DNA of 64,000 nucleotides from Patescibacteria group bacterium (GTDB lineage Bacteria; Patescibacteriota; Kazan-3B-28): NCBI GenBank assembly GCA_041649135.1, contig JBAZNQ010000001.1, positions 99,037 to 163,036 of the forward strand, read 5' to 3'. Shown piece by piece: positions 1 to 11,123 of this stretch (position 1 is its first letter; each line of letters starts with the position of its first letter). The notes under the pieces were generated by a model. It saw only the letters and a program-made list of their open reading frames with translations, ran no database searches and was not told where the DNA came from. The position numbers and the translations under genes were made by a program.

Positions 1-940
1 GTCTGCAGTATCGGCTGGCAAAGACGATATTCGTAAGATCGTTGCGAAGCAAACTGACCAGCCCAAGGTTTTATTTTTAGATGAAATTCATCGGTTCAAT
101 AAAGCCCAGCAGGATTTTCTCCTGCCATATGTTGAGCGTGGCGAATTAACACTAATCGGTGCCACCACCGAAAATCCCAGTTTTGAGATCATTCCGGCGC
201 TATTATCACGCTGTCGGGTATTTGTCTTGAACGAATTATCAGAAACAGACATGCAGAAAATTATTCTGCAAACCAATATCAAACTGGATGAAACCGCGCG
301 GGACTGGCTGATCAACATGGCCAATGGCGACGCTAGGCAAGCGATCACCATGTTAGAAAATACTCAAAAGTTATATGGCGAGATCACCCTTGATAATTTA
401 AAGAATGCTCTCCAAAATAAATTTCTGCGGTTTGATAAACAAGGCGATGAACACTACAACACCATTAGCGCGTTTATCAAAAGTATGCGAGCGTCGCAAC
501 CTGACGCGGCGCTGTATTATTTGGCGCGGATGGTGGATGCGGGTGAAGATCCCAAATTTATTGCTCGTCGCATGGTAGTTTTTGCGTCCGAAGATATTGG
601 GATCGCTCAACCCACGGCGCTAGTCGTCGCCAACGAAGTATTCCGGGCAGTCGAAACTATTGGTTATCCGGAATGTGCGATTAATTTAGCGCATGGGGTG
701 GTGTACTTAGCCAAGTGTCCCAAAAATCGGGATTCGTACAACGCCTATTTTGCGGCACTGGAAGATGTGAAAAAACATGGCAACTTGCCGATTCCGCTTC
801 TGGTCAGAAATGCGCCGACAAAACTAATGAAAGAGTTGAACTATGGCGCAGGATATGACCCATACACCCAGACAAGTTTTTTGCCGGAAAAGTTAGTTCA
901 AAGACGATATCTGATACAACAAATTTCCAAGAAGGACTAG
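1..940 (+). CDS. rarA: Replication-associated recombination protein RarA/MgsA (AAA+ ATPase), 5'-truncated by window edge
   Basis: Frame is open from position 2: [16 protein letters not shown] (Walker B), [47 protein letters not shown]. Confidence 0.95.
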   Translation, partial: SAVSAGKDDIRKIVAKQTDQPKVLFLDEIHRFNKAQQDFLLPYVERGELTLIGATTENPSFEIIPALLSRCRVFVLNELSETDMQKIILQTNIKLDETARDWLINMANGDARQAITMLENTQKLYGEITLDNLKNALQNKFLRFDKQGDEHYNTISAFIKSMRASQPDAALYYLARMVDAGEDPKFIARRMVVFASEDIGIAQPTALVVANEVFRAVETIGYPECAINLAHGVVYLAKCPKNRDSYNAYFAALEDVKKHGNLPIPLLVRNAPTKLMKELNYGAGYDPYTQTSFLPEKLVQRRYLIQQISKKD

Positions 941-1148
941 GCTAGGCGACAGACTATGTTCTCGCTGCCGATCCCAACCACCGAAAGTCGGTTCTGCGAG
1001 CTGGTTTTTGGCTTGTCATTGTGGCCATAGAACCAATAAGCTATGAACCCTCTGGGCGAGCTTTCCAGCTCGCCCTTTTGATTTTGATGATAAACTTACA
1101 GATAGAGAGTGAAACTATTTTTAAAAAATTGCGGTAACAAACAATCAG

Positions 1149-1955
1149 ATGGATACATCCAAACATCGTCCGACTATCGGTTTGGCGCTTGGGAGCGGAG
1201 GCACGCGCGGAATTGCTCACATTGGCGTCATCAAAGTTTTGGAAAAAGCCGGTATCCCGATTGATTACATTGCTGGCTCTAGCATCGGCGCAATGATCGG
1301 CGGACTTTACGCTTTACACAAAGACATTAACATCGTCGAGAATATCGCTCTGTCGGTCGATTGGCAGACCTCGATTTCGCTGATCGATCCCAGTATGAGA
1401 CAGGGATTAGTCAAAGGCGCAAAACTGGAGCAATTTTTACGTGACCAAGTTGGATTTGCCGAAATCGAAAAACTCCAAATCCCGCTCAAAATTATTGCTA
1501 CCGATTTGGCGACTGGTCAGATGGTTTGTTTGGACAAAGGCGACTTGATCGAAGCCATCCGAGCCAGCATTTCTGTTCCTCTAGTTTTTAAGCCGGTTAG
1601 TTATCGCGGTTGGACTTTGGCTGACGGTGGTTTGTCGATGCCGGTGCCGGTAGAAATAGCCAGACAAATGGGTGCCGATATTGTGATTGCCGTAAATATT
1701 GAAGGTGATTTATTTGACTATCGTCGCAGTCTTCGACCGGGGTTAGCGGCGATCGCTCTCACTTCCATCGATGCTCTGCGATATCACTTAGCCGAACAAG
1801 AAACCAACACAGCGGACATCGCTATCACCATTCATAGTCGGGGCGGCAAGCTCCTCGAAGAAGTAACTTGGGACGCGAAAAAATTGATCTCCGCCGGTGA
1901 ACGATATGCCAAACTGGCATTGCCCAATATTCGAGAACGTCTTGGACAAATTTAG
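1149..1955 (+). CDS. Patatin-like phospholipase (RssA/NTE family)
   Basis: LALGSGGTRG, GSSIG (GxSxG) and DGG motifs. Confidence 0.92.
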   Translation: MDTSKHRPTIGLALGSGGTRGIAHIGVIKVLEKAGIPIDYIAGSSIGAMIGGLYALHKDINIVENIALSVDWQTSISLIDPSMRQGLVKGAKLEQFLRDQVGFAEIEKLQIPLKIIATDLATGQMVCLDKGDLIEAIRASISVPLVFKPVSYRGWTLADGGLSMPVPVEIARQMGADIVIAVNIEGDLFDYRRSLRPGLAAIALTSIDALRYHLAEQETNTADIAITIHSRGGKLLEEVTWDAKKLISAGERYAKLALPNIRERLGQI

Positions 1956-2005
1956 ATTTTTTATCGTGGTTTGGTCGCGACAACTCCAAGGCTTGCTTTT
2001 GCAAA

Positions 2006-2827
2006 CTACACGGCGATATCTCGTCGGTTGAACGCAATTAACCCAGCCATAATTGCCGCTACGATAATCCCAGCGAATACCCACAAATTTACATTATCGA
2101 TACTAGCGGTCGTAATAATCGCATCTGGTGTGCCATAGTAGTAGAATATCGAAAGCCATTTTAGGTTTTCCCAATCGGCGTTCAGTTTGGCAAACAACTC
2201 CACCACGAAAGAAATGATGACAAATAATAGTGGTAGCAAAGTTGCCCGTCCTCGCTCTGCCACCATGGTCGAAAACATCATTGCGAGCGCGAAAATACTC
2301 ACAAAAAACAGGATGGCTACACCAATAAATGTCCAGTATCCCTCAATTGGCGCAGTCGTGATGTCTAGACGATAGGCTTGCCAGAGCATTCCCCCGATAG
2401 TTGCTGTAGTCAACGCCACTATGCCTATTACTCCAACTGCTAGTTTGCTGAAAAAGATTTGTGTTCGGGTTACTGGTTGAGACAACAGCAAGGCAATTGT
2501 GCCTTGTTCCACTTCTCCGGCAATTGCTCGAGAAGCAAACCCAATCATAAACGCACACACTGCAATCACCCAGAAAAACTTCAGATGTTCCAGCGACAAA
2601 AATCCCTCAAAACTCATCCCATTGTCCAAAAAATTTCCTCCCCCCAGTGCCTCGCGAATTTGGACCGGAATTTTATTAAATATTTCAGTATAATTTGTGC
2701 CCAAATCTTGAGCGATGGGGTAGATAAATGTCAAAAGCATACTGTACAGAAACAGGCCACCGCAGTAGAAGAGGATGGTCGACCAGTAGCTTTTTAGGGT
2801 TTGCCAAAAAATCGGCCAGCTCATCAT
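2006..2827 (-). CDS. ABC-2 type transporter permease
   Basis: About 6 TM segments, AIAGEVEQGTIALLLSQPVTR, C-terminal FNRRDI; start overlaps the ATPase stop. Confidence 0.9.
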   Translation of the reverse strand: MMSWPIFWQTLKSYWSTILFYCGGLFLYSMLLTFIYPIAQDLGTNYTEIFNKIPVQIREALGGGNFLDNGMSFEGFLSLEHLKFFWVIAVCAFMIGFASRAIAGEVEQGTIALLLSQPVTRTQIFFSKLAVGVIGIVALTTATIGGMLWQAYRLDITTAPIEGYWTFIGVAILFFVSIFALAMMFSTMVAERGRATLLPLLFVIISFVVELFAKLNADWENLKWLSIFYYYGTPDAIITTASIDNVNLWVFAGIIVAAIMAGLIAFNRRDIAV

Positions 2828-3696
2828 CGATACCAGGTTAAAAATATATCTTCAAGAGTTGATTGGGTAATCGCGATATTGGTGATGGGGTACTGGTTAA
2901 TTCGCGCCAACACCGCGTTGATCTCCCCCTGCCGCACTTGAAATTTAACTGACTGGCCATTACGCTCCGTCACCATCAATCCGGCCAGTTCAGCCTCGGT
3001 GGGTACTGTTTGAAAAGTAACCTCGACTATCAGATTGCTTCGGTTGATCAGAGTGCTGACCTCTTCTACCGCCACCACCCGGCCGTCTTTGATGATTGCC
3101 ACCCGATCGCAAACTTTTTGCACTTCAGCCAAATCATGCGAGGAAAAGAAAATTGTTGTACCACCCCGTTTTAAACTCCGCAAAACTGCGTAAAAATTTT
3201 GCTTGACGATTGGATCTAGCCCATTAGTCGGCTCGTCTAAAATTAGCAGTCGCGGCCGATGCATTAACGCTTGAACCAGCGCTAATTTTTTGCGATTGCC
3301 ACTTGAATAATTCTTAACGAAATGATTTGGATTGAATTGCAATATTTCACACAACCGTGTTAACGACAGATCATTACCGCGAGCGCGAAAAGTTCTTAGC
3401 CAGTTCAATAATTCTTGTCCGCGCATAAATGGATACAAAAACGGTTCGCTCGAGACATAACCAATACAGCGATGAATCGCCAGTGCGTCCCGATGAGCAT
3501 CAAACCCAAACAAACTGACACTGCCAGTTTGAGGCCGGATGAAGTCTAGCATCAGGCGGATGGCAGTAGTTTTACCAGCCCCATTGGGGCCCAGAAACCC
3601 AAAAATCTCTCCCTCGTTCACAGAGAAGCTAAGACCTTCTACCCCCCTTACACGCCCATAGTACTTGGTCAGGTTGTTGGCTTCAATTACTCCCAT
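2824..3696 (-). CDS. ABC transporter ATP-binding protein
   Basis: GPNGAGKTT, YSSGN signature variant, LILDEPT, SSH; start taken at MGVIEA. Confidence 0.95.
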   Translation of the reverse strand: MGVIEANNLTKYYGRVRGVEGLSFSVNEGEIFGFLGPNGAGKTTAIRLMLDFIRPQTGSVSLFGFDAHRDALAIHRCIGYVSSEPFLYPFMRGQELLNWLRTFRARGNDLSLTRLCEILQFNPNHFVKNYSSGNRKKLALVQALMHRPRLLILDEPTNGLDPIVKQNFYAVLRSLKRGGTTIFFSSHDLAEVQKVCDRVAIIKDGRVVAVEEVSTLINRSNLIVEVTFQTVPTEAELAGLMVTERNGQSVKFQVRQGEINAVLARINQYPITNIAITQSTLEDIFLTWYR

Positions 3697-3899
3697 AAAG
3701 GTCAATGTACACCCAAAACTCGCCTCCAATCAAGCTTTTTGGCAAAGTGGCCTAGCTTAATATGTTATGAGGCGATACTTCTTGCGGCAGGTTGATTAGA
3801 GATGCCGGAATTTACAATTTTAGTACCCAGACAACTGGACAATTCTTTTTTAACCGTTTTAAGATTGCTGATACACTAGGCTGGTAAAGGATCACATTT

Positions 3900-4382
3900 A
3901 TGGGACAGATTGCTGGAATAACCTTAGCCGGAATTAGTATGTTGGTTGGTCTTGTTGGAACAATCGTACCGATTATTCCGGGTGTTCCATTTATGTTTCT
4001 GGTGGCATTGATTTATGCCTTAATCACAAAATTCGCCATTCTGACGGGAGCCGAGCTTGGTTATCTAGCTATTTTGGTTGTCTCGTCAATTTTTATTGAT
4101 TATTTTGCCGGACTTTTGGGCGCCAAGTTTAGTGGTGCTTCCGGCAAATCGTTATTAGTTGGCACATTCGGATTTCTACTTGGTCTCATTCTATTTCCAC
4201 CGTTTGGTGGTTTTATCGGCATGTTCGTCGGTATTGTTACTGGTGAAATTTATTTTTTCAACAAACCTAAAACTGCCATTCGGGCCGCCAGTGGGGGAGT
4301 CTTGGGCACATTAGCGGGAATGGTGCTCAACTTTCTCCTCGGTCTGACTTTTGTTAGTCTATTTTTAGTCTTTGTGCTTTAG
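3900..4382 (+). CDS. DUF456-like membrane protein
   Basis: GTIVPIIPG, GAKFSGAS, PPFGGFIG; hydrophobic throughout. Confidence 0.8.
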   Translation: MGQIAGITLAGISMLVGLVGTIVPIIPGVPFMFLVALIYALITKFAILTGAELGYLAILVVSSIFIDYFAGLLGAKFSGASGKSLLVGTFGFLLGLILFPPFGGFIGMFVGIVTGEIYFFNKPKTAIRAASGGVLGTLAGMVLNFLLGLTFVSLFLVFVL

Positions 4383-4489
4383 TTGTCGGTTACTACCGCA
4401 ACAACATCAAAGTTTATTTGTCATATCTCTTTTTGCCGTAACAGATATAATTAAGCAGTAGAGCAATAATTTATTTTAGGTTAATTCTT

Positions 4490-5266
4490 ATGGCCAAGAA
4501 AAAATTTAATATTATTTATGCTGTTATTGGACTCCCAATTTTGTTTGGCTTAATTTGGTATGGTGCTAGTTTGGGTATCGGAGTTGCTCCCCAAACTAAT
4601 GACGGTACCACACCCACTAATCGAACAGAAAACACCGCCGGAGCTAACACAGCTCAAGAGCAGTTAGATGGTTTGCCAAATAAGATCCTGATCGCCAATG
4701 TTCCATTTACCTCTCAAGCGCCTACTGGCCAATGGAGTGATGACCGTCAACAGAATGATTGTGAAGAAGCCGCTGTGTTAATCGGAACAAAGTGGATGAT
4801 CGGCGAATCGATCGGCTCTACGGAAAACGCTCTCGCGCAACTTCTGACACTTTCGAAATTAGCCGAGAGTATGTTTGGCAGTTATGTTGATTCTTCTGCC
4901 GCCGATACTTTAAAACTGTTCCAAAAATATACTGATACAACTCAAGGCCAAGTCAAATATGACGTTACGATGACCGATATCAAAACCGAACTGGCGGCTG
5001 GCCACATCCTGTTATCGCCCATGAATGGCCAAGCCTTAAACAATCCTAATTTTACCGGTGCCGGTCCGGAACGACATTTTTTGGTCATTATTGGCTATGA
5101 CGACAAAACCGGCATGTTTACCACTCAAGACCCAGGGACGCGTAAAGGGCAAAATTATCGCTACAAATACGAGACTCTCTTTGCCGCCATGCGGGATTAT
5201 CCGACCGGAGATCACGAAAAAATTGTCAGCAACCGACGAGCTGTCATCATCGTTAATAAGGTTTAG
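4490..5266 (+). CDS. Membrane-anchored C39-like (papain-fold) peptidase
   Basis: N-terminal TM; VPFTSQAP, QNDCEEAA (Cys), HFLVIIGYD (His), QDPGT. Confidence 0.8.
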   Translation: MAKKKFNIIYAVIGLPILFGLIWYGASLGIGVAPQTNDGTTPTNRTENTAGANTAQEQLDGLPNKILIANVPFTSQAPTGQWSDDRQQNDCEEAAVLIGTKWMIGESIGSTENALAQLLTLSKLAESMFGSYVDSSAADTLKLFQKYTDTTQGQVKYDVTMTDIKTELAAGHILLSPMNGQALNNPNFTGAGPERHFLVIIGYDDKTGMFTTQDPGTRKGQNYRYKYETLFAAMRDYPTGDHEKIVSNRRAVIIVNKV

Positions 5267-5422
5267 ATTTTCTTAACTTATCCGACATTTTAGCCGTCCC
5301 GATATCGCAATGACCGAAAATTGTTTCGGCTAGGTTTCTGGATGGCTTCAGTCCCTCGTTATTGACATAATGAGGTTTTTGTGCTATAATTAGATAGAAA
5401 AGTAAAAATAAACAAATCAGTC

Positions 5423-6376
5423 GTGGAAAACAAAAATCAAATCCCACAAACCATTTTTAGTATTATTCTCACTACCGCCAAGACAGCCGTCTTGGTTTTG
5501 TTAGTATTGTTCACAGTTTCCAGCCCACGTCAGGCCTTGGCTGGTAACGCCTTGCTGGGTCAGGAGTCGGCCATTATTACCCAAACCAACGCCATCCGAG
5601 CGGAAGCTGGTCTGCCAGCTTTGACATTTGAGGCTCGTCTAGCCCGATCAGCTGCTGCCAAAGCCAATGATATGGCTACCAAGGGCTACTTTGATCACGG
5701 TAATCCTGACGGCTATCGGATGTCCTATTGGATTAACAACACCGGCTATACCTATACCTTGGCTGGCGAAAACCTCGCCAAAGGATTTTCTAGTGTTACT
5801 CGACTAATGAATGCTTGGGTAGCCAGCCCTTCTCATTATAAGAATCTAGTTGAGCCACAGTTTACCGATATTGGCATCGGCATGGCTGAAGGTTGGTATG
5901 ACGGTCAATCCACTCTGTTTGTTGTCCAACATTTTGGAGCCGAAGCCGCTCCACTAATAAAGGATGTGAGCCAGTTTGTCTCCGGAGTAACTGCTATGGT
6001 TGCTCCCTTGGTTGAGACCGTAGCTGGCACCACCGAGGGGCAAACGATCGTTAATAATTCCACCCCACTAGTTTCTCCTACTGTTGTCAAACCAGTTCAG
6101 ACGTCGATCGCCAACAGCGCTATAACCAATTCATCTCCAACTCTCCATTTTCTGCCGTCCATCAGTCTTTTACCCCAACCTGCCCAAGCCGGAACCGTGA
6201 CGCCTTGGGTTAATTCCACCGATCAGGCTCCCATTTGTCCGAATATGGCTTGGGCGATCTTGGTGATGTTGATAGTCGCTATCCTTGCTTATTTTGTTGA
6301 TTTCAAGCTGATTGTGCTAATTCGAGACCGGTTGGCAAAAATTGCTTCCAAAACCATTTCCACCCAGCCAAAATAA
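5423..6376 (+). CDS. CAP/SCP domain protein with C-terminal TM
   Basis: AKANDMATKGYFDH, AGENLA, AWVASPSHYKNL, DIGIG. Confidence 0.9.
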   Translation: MENKNQIPQTIFSIILTTAKTAVLVLLVLFTVSSPRQALAGNALLGQESAIITQTNAIRAEAGLPALTFEARLARSAAAKANDMATKGYFDHGNPDGYRMSYWINNTGYTYTLAGENLAKGFSSVTRLMNAWVASPSHYKNLVEPQFTDIGIGMAEGWYDGQSTLFVVQHFGAEAAPLIKDVSQFVSGVTAMVAPLVETVAGTTEGQTIVNNSTPLVSPTVVKPVQTSIANSAITNSSPTLHFLPSISLLPQPAQAGTVTPWVNSTDQAPICPNMAWAILVMLIVAILAYFVDFKLIVLIRDRLAKIASKTISTQPK

Positions 6377-6650
6377 ACTAAAATTTGGCATCTTTTGACG
6401 CCCCGATTTGTCTCTCTGCCCCACGCTGGGCAGACTTTTTGATTTTGCTTGACGGGGACAGGATTTCTGGCTAACCTTAGAAAGACATGAGAGGGGAGGG
6501 TCTTTGGGGTTTGAAAGCAAGATGAACAGTTACACACATCACGGTAGTGGTTTATAAAAGAAACCTGTTGTTTCTTGGTTTTTTGTATAATGAATTATTA
6601 AATTATAAAAATCTAAAAATTATATTCGTTTGCTAAATACACATACAGTC

Positions 6651-9600
6651 ATGAGTAAATTGAAACAGGTAGCCACTCTTTTTTACTGGGTGACAGCTTT
6701 TGGCTTAGCGTTAGCGCCAATGCTAACCGCCACTCCAGCTTGGGCCACATATATTGATCCAACTGGCGGTCAACCAAGTGATATCGGCCCAGTGTGTAGT
6801 CCCGCTGTGGATTTGATCTCTAACGGCAGTTTCGAAGTGCCGGTAGTTGATAATGATTCCAACTGGGACATTTTCCCAAGCGACCCCAACAATGATTTAG
6901 GGAGTAACTTGTGGTGGGGCGCGGAATGGGTAGCCCCCGGCGAAGGTGCACCTAATTTTGCCAATCTTGAATTACAGAAAGCCCCGCTCAACGGCTGGTC
7001 TGCTCAAGCCGGCGATCAATGGGCAGAATTGGATACTGACTATGACGGCCCCGGTGGCAGCATCGGTGGCGAAGCCGCTTCCATCCGTCTGACCCAGAAT
7101 ATTAAAAACACCAAGGGAGGCTGTTATTATAATTTGGAATTTTATACTTTGCCTCGCCCCGGTTACGGTCCAGAAGATAATACTATCGAAGTCAGCTGGA
7201 ACGGTGTCGTAATCGATACAATTACTACAGATGGTTCGTCTCTTACTCAACCAGATTGGGCTTATCACCAATATACTGTTCAGGCCGATGATTTAACCGC
7301 CGATCTTTCCTTTACCGACATTGGCATTCCCAATTCCTTTGGGATGCTACTAGATAATGTTCAAATTCACTGCATCGAAGAAAAAACGACGATCGTTGCT
7401 CACAAAATTGTCTGTGATTCAGAAGAAGATTTGCCTAACTGGGGTATCGGTGGCGAACCAATTACTGCTACTACCGCCCAAGATTTTGTTACTTCCCGCC
7501 AAGGTAGATGTCATTTTCAGGCAGGCTGGCAGTTCCAATGGGCGCCAGAAGGTACTTCAAATCCCGGAGACACCATGATCGGAGAAGCGGGTGGTTGGAA
7601 CACCCTTCCCGCAACTGACGGAGATGGCAAGACAACGATTACTCTTACTGCCACCGACATTGCTGGTAGTAGCTATCTTTGGTTCCGTGAAGCCTTACTG
7701 GAAAACTATGTTCCGTTTAGTAGCTGGCTGTCTGATGGTTCGAACACTCCAAGTGCCGATGATGAATTTTCCGCTGAAGTTTATGCCACTACTGATGTAT
7801 TAAACTATGACAACTACGATCGGATCGAAGATGTTGAAAACGGTGGCATCAAGTTAGGTCAAACTTACTACGCCGTTGCGTTTAATGTTCTGGCCGAGCC
7901 AGAAGAAGATCCGTGTGATTTCGGCGAGCAGACCGGTTGGTTCGGCCAATACTATGATTACACCGCCAACCATCAGGACATGAACTTGCCGACTGGCGTC
8001 TGGCCAGACAAAACTCACGGTGATCCGTTGAGCAAGACTGCTACTTGGACGGCCGATTGGTATGATTCTGACTACTTTGTCAGAAGCCAAGTTGATCCTA
8101 GTCTTAATTTTGGGAACGATTTCTTCCCATTGGATAGTCCTGTACTCGTTGAAGACCCTGCTGGGAGCGGTCACAACTATCACTTCGGTGCGCATTGGAG
8201 CGGAAAGGTTACTGTTGGTACAGAAGGGGATTACAACTTTGCTCTCAAATCGGATGACGATGCTTGGGTTTATCTTGATGGCGAATTAATCAAAGACAAC
8301 TCTGGCATTCATCAGCCACAAGAGAATAATGGTTCGGCGCACATGACGGTCGGCACTCACATTGTCGATATCTTCTTCGCAGAACGGCATACGGTCCAGT
8401 CTTACATGGCATTTGCCTTTGAAAACCAAGACTTGCTGATTGTTCCATACAACGACGAGTGTCCCGTTCCAGTCCCGACCCTTTCGATCGATAAGACTGG
8501 CGTTTACGATCAGGCTGGTCAAATTGATTACACCATTACTTGGAGTGTTGAGGGTGAAGGCACACTCCATAACGTTACTATTACTGATGCTATTCCAGCT
8601 GGTACGACGTATGTGCCTAGTGATCCATCCGGTATCCCTGCCGCTGGAGTAGTAACTTGGATCTTGGGTGATAAAACCGCTCCAGATTCGGGTACCATTC
8701 ATCTAATTGTTTCAATCGATTCTTACGAACCATGGGCGGACAGTCACAGCGACTTTACCCAAGGTTTGCGCAAAGATAATACTCCAGTAGTTGAAGAAAG
8801 AAGCCACCCCGATAAAGCTCTGGGCGTAGCCGAAAACAATGACACAATTAATTTTGTTTCACTCGGCTTCGGCGGTAGTTTGGTGCTTCATTTCAACAAC
8901 TACATCTTAGACGGCGCTGGTGCTGATATCGCCGTTACCGAAACTAGCTATGGCGAGCCATCTGACACCAACTATCCGGAAAAAGTGGAAGTGTTTGCTT
9001 CCCAAACTGGTAATGGCACAGACTGGGTATCGCTTGGTAGGGGGATCCAAGACCAAGACTTCGATCTCAATGGCAGCGGTTTGGCTTGGGCTAGATATCT
9101 GAAATTGGTTGATGTCTCCAACAAGGCTGACGCTCATTTCCCAGCCGATGCCGATGGTTACGACATTGATGGGGTAGCGGCCTTACACTACGCGCCTGCC
9201 GAATGTTCAATTGATAATACCGTTCAAATGAGCGGCGATCCAGCATCAGATGATGTTCCGAAGATCGCTATGGTAGCAGTAGTTGATGACGGTCTAGTCC
9301 ACGCCAGCGATACCACTACTACCACTATTAGTGATATCTGTAATCCTCCCATCCCCGATGACCCAGAGGATACTCACACTCTGATTAGTGGAATGAAGTT
9401 CAACGACCATGATGGTGATGGTGATAAAGATGAAAATGATGGGGGACTGGCCGAATGGAAAATTTATGCCGCCCAATTAGCTGCTAGCTTTGAAGTCGAT
9501 TCACACGGCGATATTACTGGTACGCCAGTTGATTCACCAATTCTTGAGAACGGTGTGGAATATCTGATTCGTGTAAGCGATACCTTTAACGCTGGTGACT

Positions 9601-10658
9601 CCATTACCGCCGATGCTAAATATTCCATTCGCACCGGTAGTGAGTGGACTGATATAGTTGAAAACTACGTTGGATATGGTCCAGCCTTGCTTGATCTGCA
9701 GTTGGATGGCACATCTCCGAACTGGGGTAGTTACAGCCCAGCCCATATTTATTGGTATGCCATGACTGGTACAGGAGCGGCTGTTACATTCCAAATCTAT
9801 GACATTTTTGCTTCCAACAATGTTGGCACACTCGATGTCTCCCTGTATCGTGTCTTGGATTTCACTCTGACTGACGGAACTGGCAATTATTCATTTGATC
9901 TACTCAACGTCGAGGGTGATGTCATTATTGCCGAACAAAATCAAACTGGTTGGACCCAAACCGCTCCCGCTCCGGTTGACTACTATACTGTTCCATCTGG
10001 TGGAGAAGCTAGTAACCAAGATTTTGGTAACTACCAAATTCCAGCAGAGCCACGTCTTGGTTCGATCACTGGTATCAAATTCGAGGATCATGACGGTGAT
10101 GGCGTAAAAGACGGTAGTGATGATCAACCATTAGCCGGTTGGACTATCTACCTTGATGCCAATGACAATGGCAGTCTTGATAGCGGCGAATTGTCTGATG
10201 TAACTGATGATGCTGGTGTCTTTAGCTTCCCCAACCTCTCGGCTGGTACCTACATTGTTCGTGAAGTTTACCAAGATGGTTGGACCAAAACCTTCCCGAG
10301 TGCCTCGGCTTACAGCTTGATCATTGGAGATGGAGAGGGTAACGACTGGGATTGGATCGAGATCGATTTTGGTAACCATGAAGGCGTTGTCGACTCACAG
10401 GGCACAACTCCAACTGGTAGTTCAGGCAGTAGCAGCGGATATTACACTCCAGCGCCAACTCCTGATCCTGACGACGGAGATGTACTGGGCGAGCAAACTG
10501 GGAGCAACGGTAGTGGTAGCGGCGCTAGTGATGAAGCTGTCGGTGGCGAACAAACCCTGCCTGTTACTGGTACATCGCCATGGGTCATACCGGTAATGTT
10601 ACTATTAGCTCTTGCCGTACTACTAGTCGAATCTCGTTGGTCAAAACGTACAAATTAA
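6651..10658 (+). CDS. Large sortase-anchored surface protein (DUF642-like, PA14-like, DUF11-like and SdrD-B-like domains)
   Basis: Signal peptide; NGSFE; YNFALKSDDDAWVYLDG (PA14); two GxKFxDxDGDG...LxxWxI repeats; C-terminal LPVTG, hydrophobic helix and basic tail. Confidence 0.85.
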   Translation: MSKLKQVATLFYWVTAFGLALAPMLTATPAWATYIDPTGGQPSDIGPVCSPAVDLISNGSFEVPVVDNDSNWDIFPSDPNNDLGSNLWWGAEWVAPGEGAPNFANLELQKAPLNGWSAQAGDQWAELDTDYDGPGGSIGGEAASIRLTQNIKNTKGGCYYNLEFYTLPRPGYGPEDNTIEVSWNGVVIDTITTDGSSLTQPDWAYHQYTVQADDLTADLSFTDIGIPNSFGMLLDNVQIHCIEEKTTIVAHKIVCDSEEDLPNWGIGGEPITATTAQDFVTSRQGRCHFQAGWQFQWAPEGTSNPGDTMIGEAGGWNTLPATDGDGKTTITLTATDIAGSSYLWFREALLENYVPFSSWLSDGSNTPSADDEFSAEVYATTDVLNYDNYDRIEDVENGGIKLGQTYYAVAFNVLAEPEEDPCDFGEQTGWFGQYYDYTANHQDMNLPTGVWPDKTHGDPLSKTATWTADWYDSDYFVRSQVDPSLNFGNDFFPLDSPVLVEDPAGSGHNYHFGAHWSGKVTVGTEGDYNFALKSDDDAWVYLDGELIKDNSGIHQPQENNGSAHMTVGTHIVDIFFAERHTVQSYMAFAFENQDLLIVPYNDECPVPVPTLSIDKTGVYDQAGQIDYTITWSVEGEGTLHNVTITDAIPAGTTYVPSDPSGIPAAGVVTWILGDKTAPDSGTIHLIVSIDSYEPWADSHSDFTQGLRKDNTPVVEERSHPDKALGVAENNDTINFVSLGFGGSLVLHFNNYILDGAGADIAVTETSYGEPSDTNYPEKVEVFASQTGNGTDWVSLGRGIQDQDFDLNGSGLAWARYLKLVDVSNKADAHFPADADGYDIDGVAALHYAPAECSIDNTVQMSGDPASDDVPKIAMVAVVDDGLVHASDTTTTTISDICNPPIPDDPEDTHTLISGMKFNDHDGDGDKDENDGGLAEWKIYAAQLAASFEVDSHGDITGTPVDSPILENGVEYLIRVSDTFNAGDSITADAKYSIRTGSEWTDIVENYVGYGPALLDLQLDGTSPNWGSYSPAHIYWYAMTGTGAAVTFQIYDIFASNNVGTLDVSLYRVLDFTLTDGTGNYSFDLLNVEGDVIIAEQNQTGWTQTAPAPVDYYTVPSGGEASNQDFGNYQIPAEPRLGSITGIKFEDHDGDGVKDGSDDQPLAGWTIYLDANDNGSLDSGELSDVTDDAGVFSFPNLSAGTYIVREVYQDGWTKTFPSASAYSLIIGDGEGNDWDWIEIDFGNHEGVVDSQGTTPTGSSGSSSGYYTPAPTPDPDDGDVLGEQTGSNGSGSGASDEAVGGEQTLPVTGTSPWVIPVMLLLALAVLLVESRWSKRTN

Positions 10659-10683
10659 AAAAGTGTCTTATTAGTTGATCAAT

Positions 10684-10709
10684 TTGAGCCCCGATACATC
10701 GGGGCTCAA
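10684..10709. terminator. Palindromic intrinsic terminator
   Basis: TTGAGCCCCGAT-AC-ATCGGGGCTCAA perfect hairpin after the surface protein gene. Confidence 0.75.
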
Positions 10710-10783
10710 ATTATATTTCACCCTAGGATTATGCTATATTTGGGGTAGTAGTTATATTGGTCTAATCTTTTATCGGAGACATT

Positions 10784-11053
10784 ATGAAAGATAGATTAAA
10801 TGGGCACCACGTCGGTATGGTCTTGGGCGCCTTTGCCGTTGTCGTCCACATCATTTGGACGATCATGATCGCGCTGGGCATTGGCCAGACTTGGATGGAT
10901 TGGATATTTGGGTTGCATATGATCACCAACCCAATTACTGTTATCACCTTTTCTTGGGGAACAGCCGTTCTGCTCTGGATCGTTGTTCTAGTGGTAGGGT
11001 ATATCCTCGGCCATATCTTTGCTTGGGTTCACAATTTGATTCACAAGAAATAA
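10784..11053 (+). CDS. Small membrane protein
   Basis: 89 aa, 2-3 hydrophobic segments, GGAG SD. Confidence 0.75.
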   Translation: MKDRLNGHHVGMVLGAFAVVVHIIWTIMIALGIGQTWMDWIFGLHMITNPITVITFSWGTAVLLWIVVLVVGYILGHIFAWVHNLIHKK

Positions 11054-11123
11054 GTTAGGTTTACGCATCGTTGATCAATGAGCCCCGGTTTTCCGGGGCT
11101 CAAATGGTCAGACATGCTAAGAT

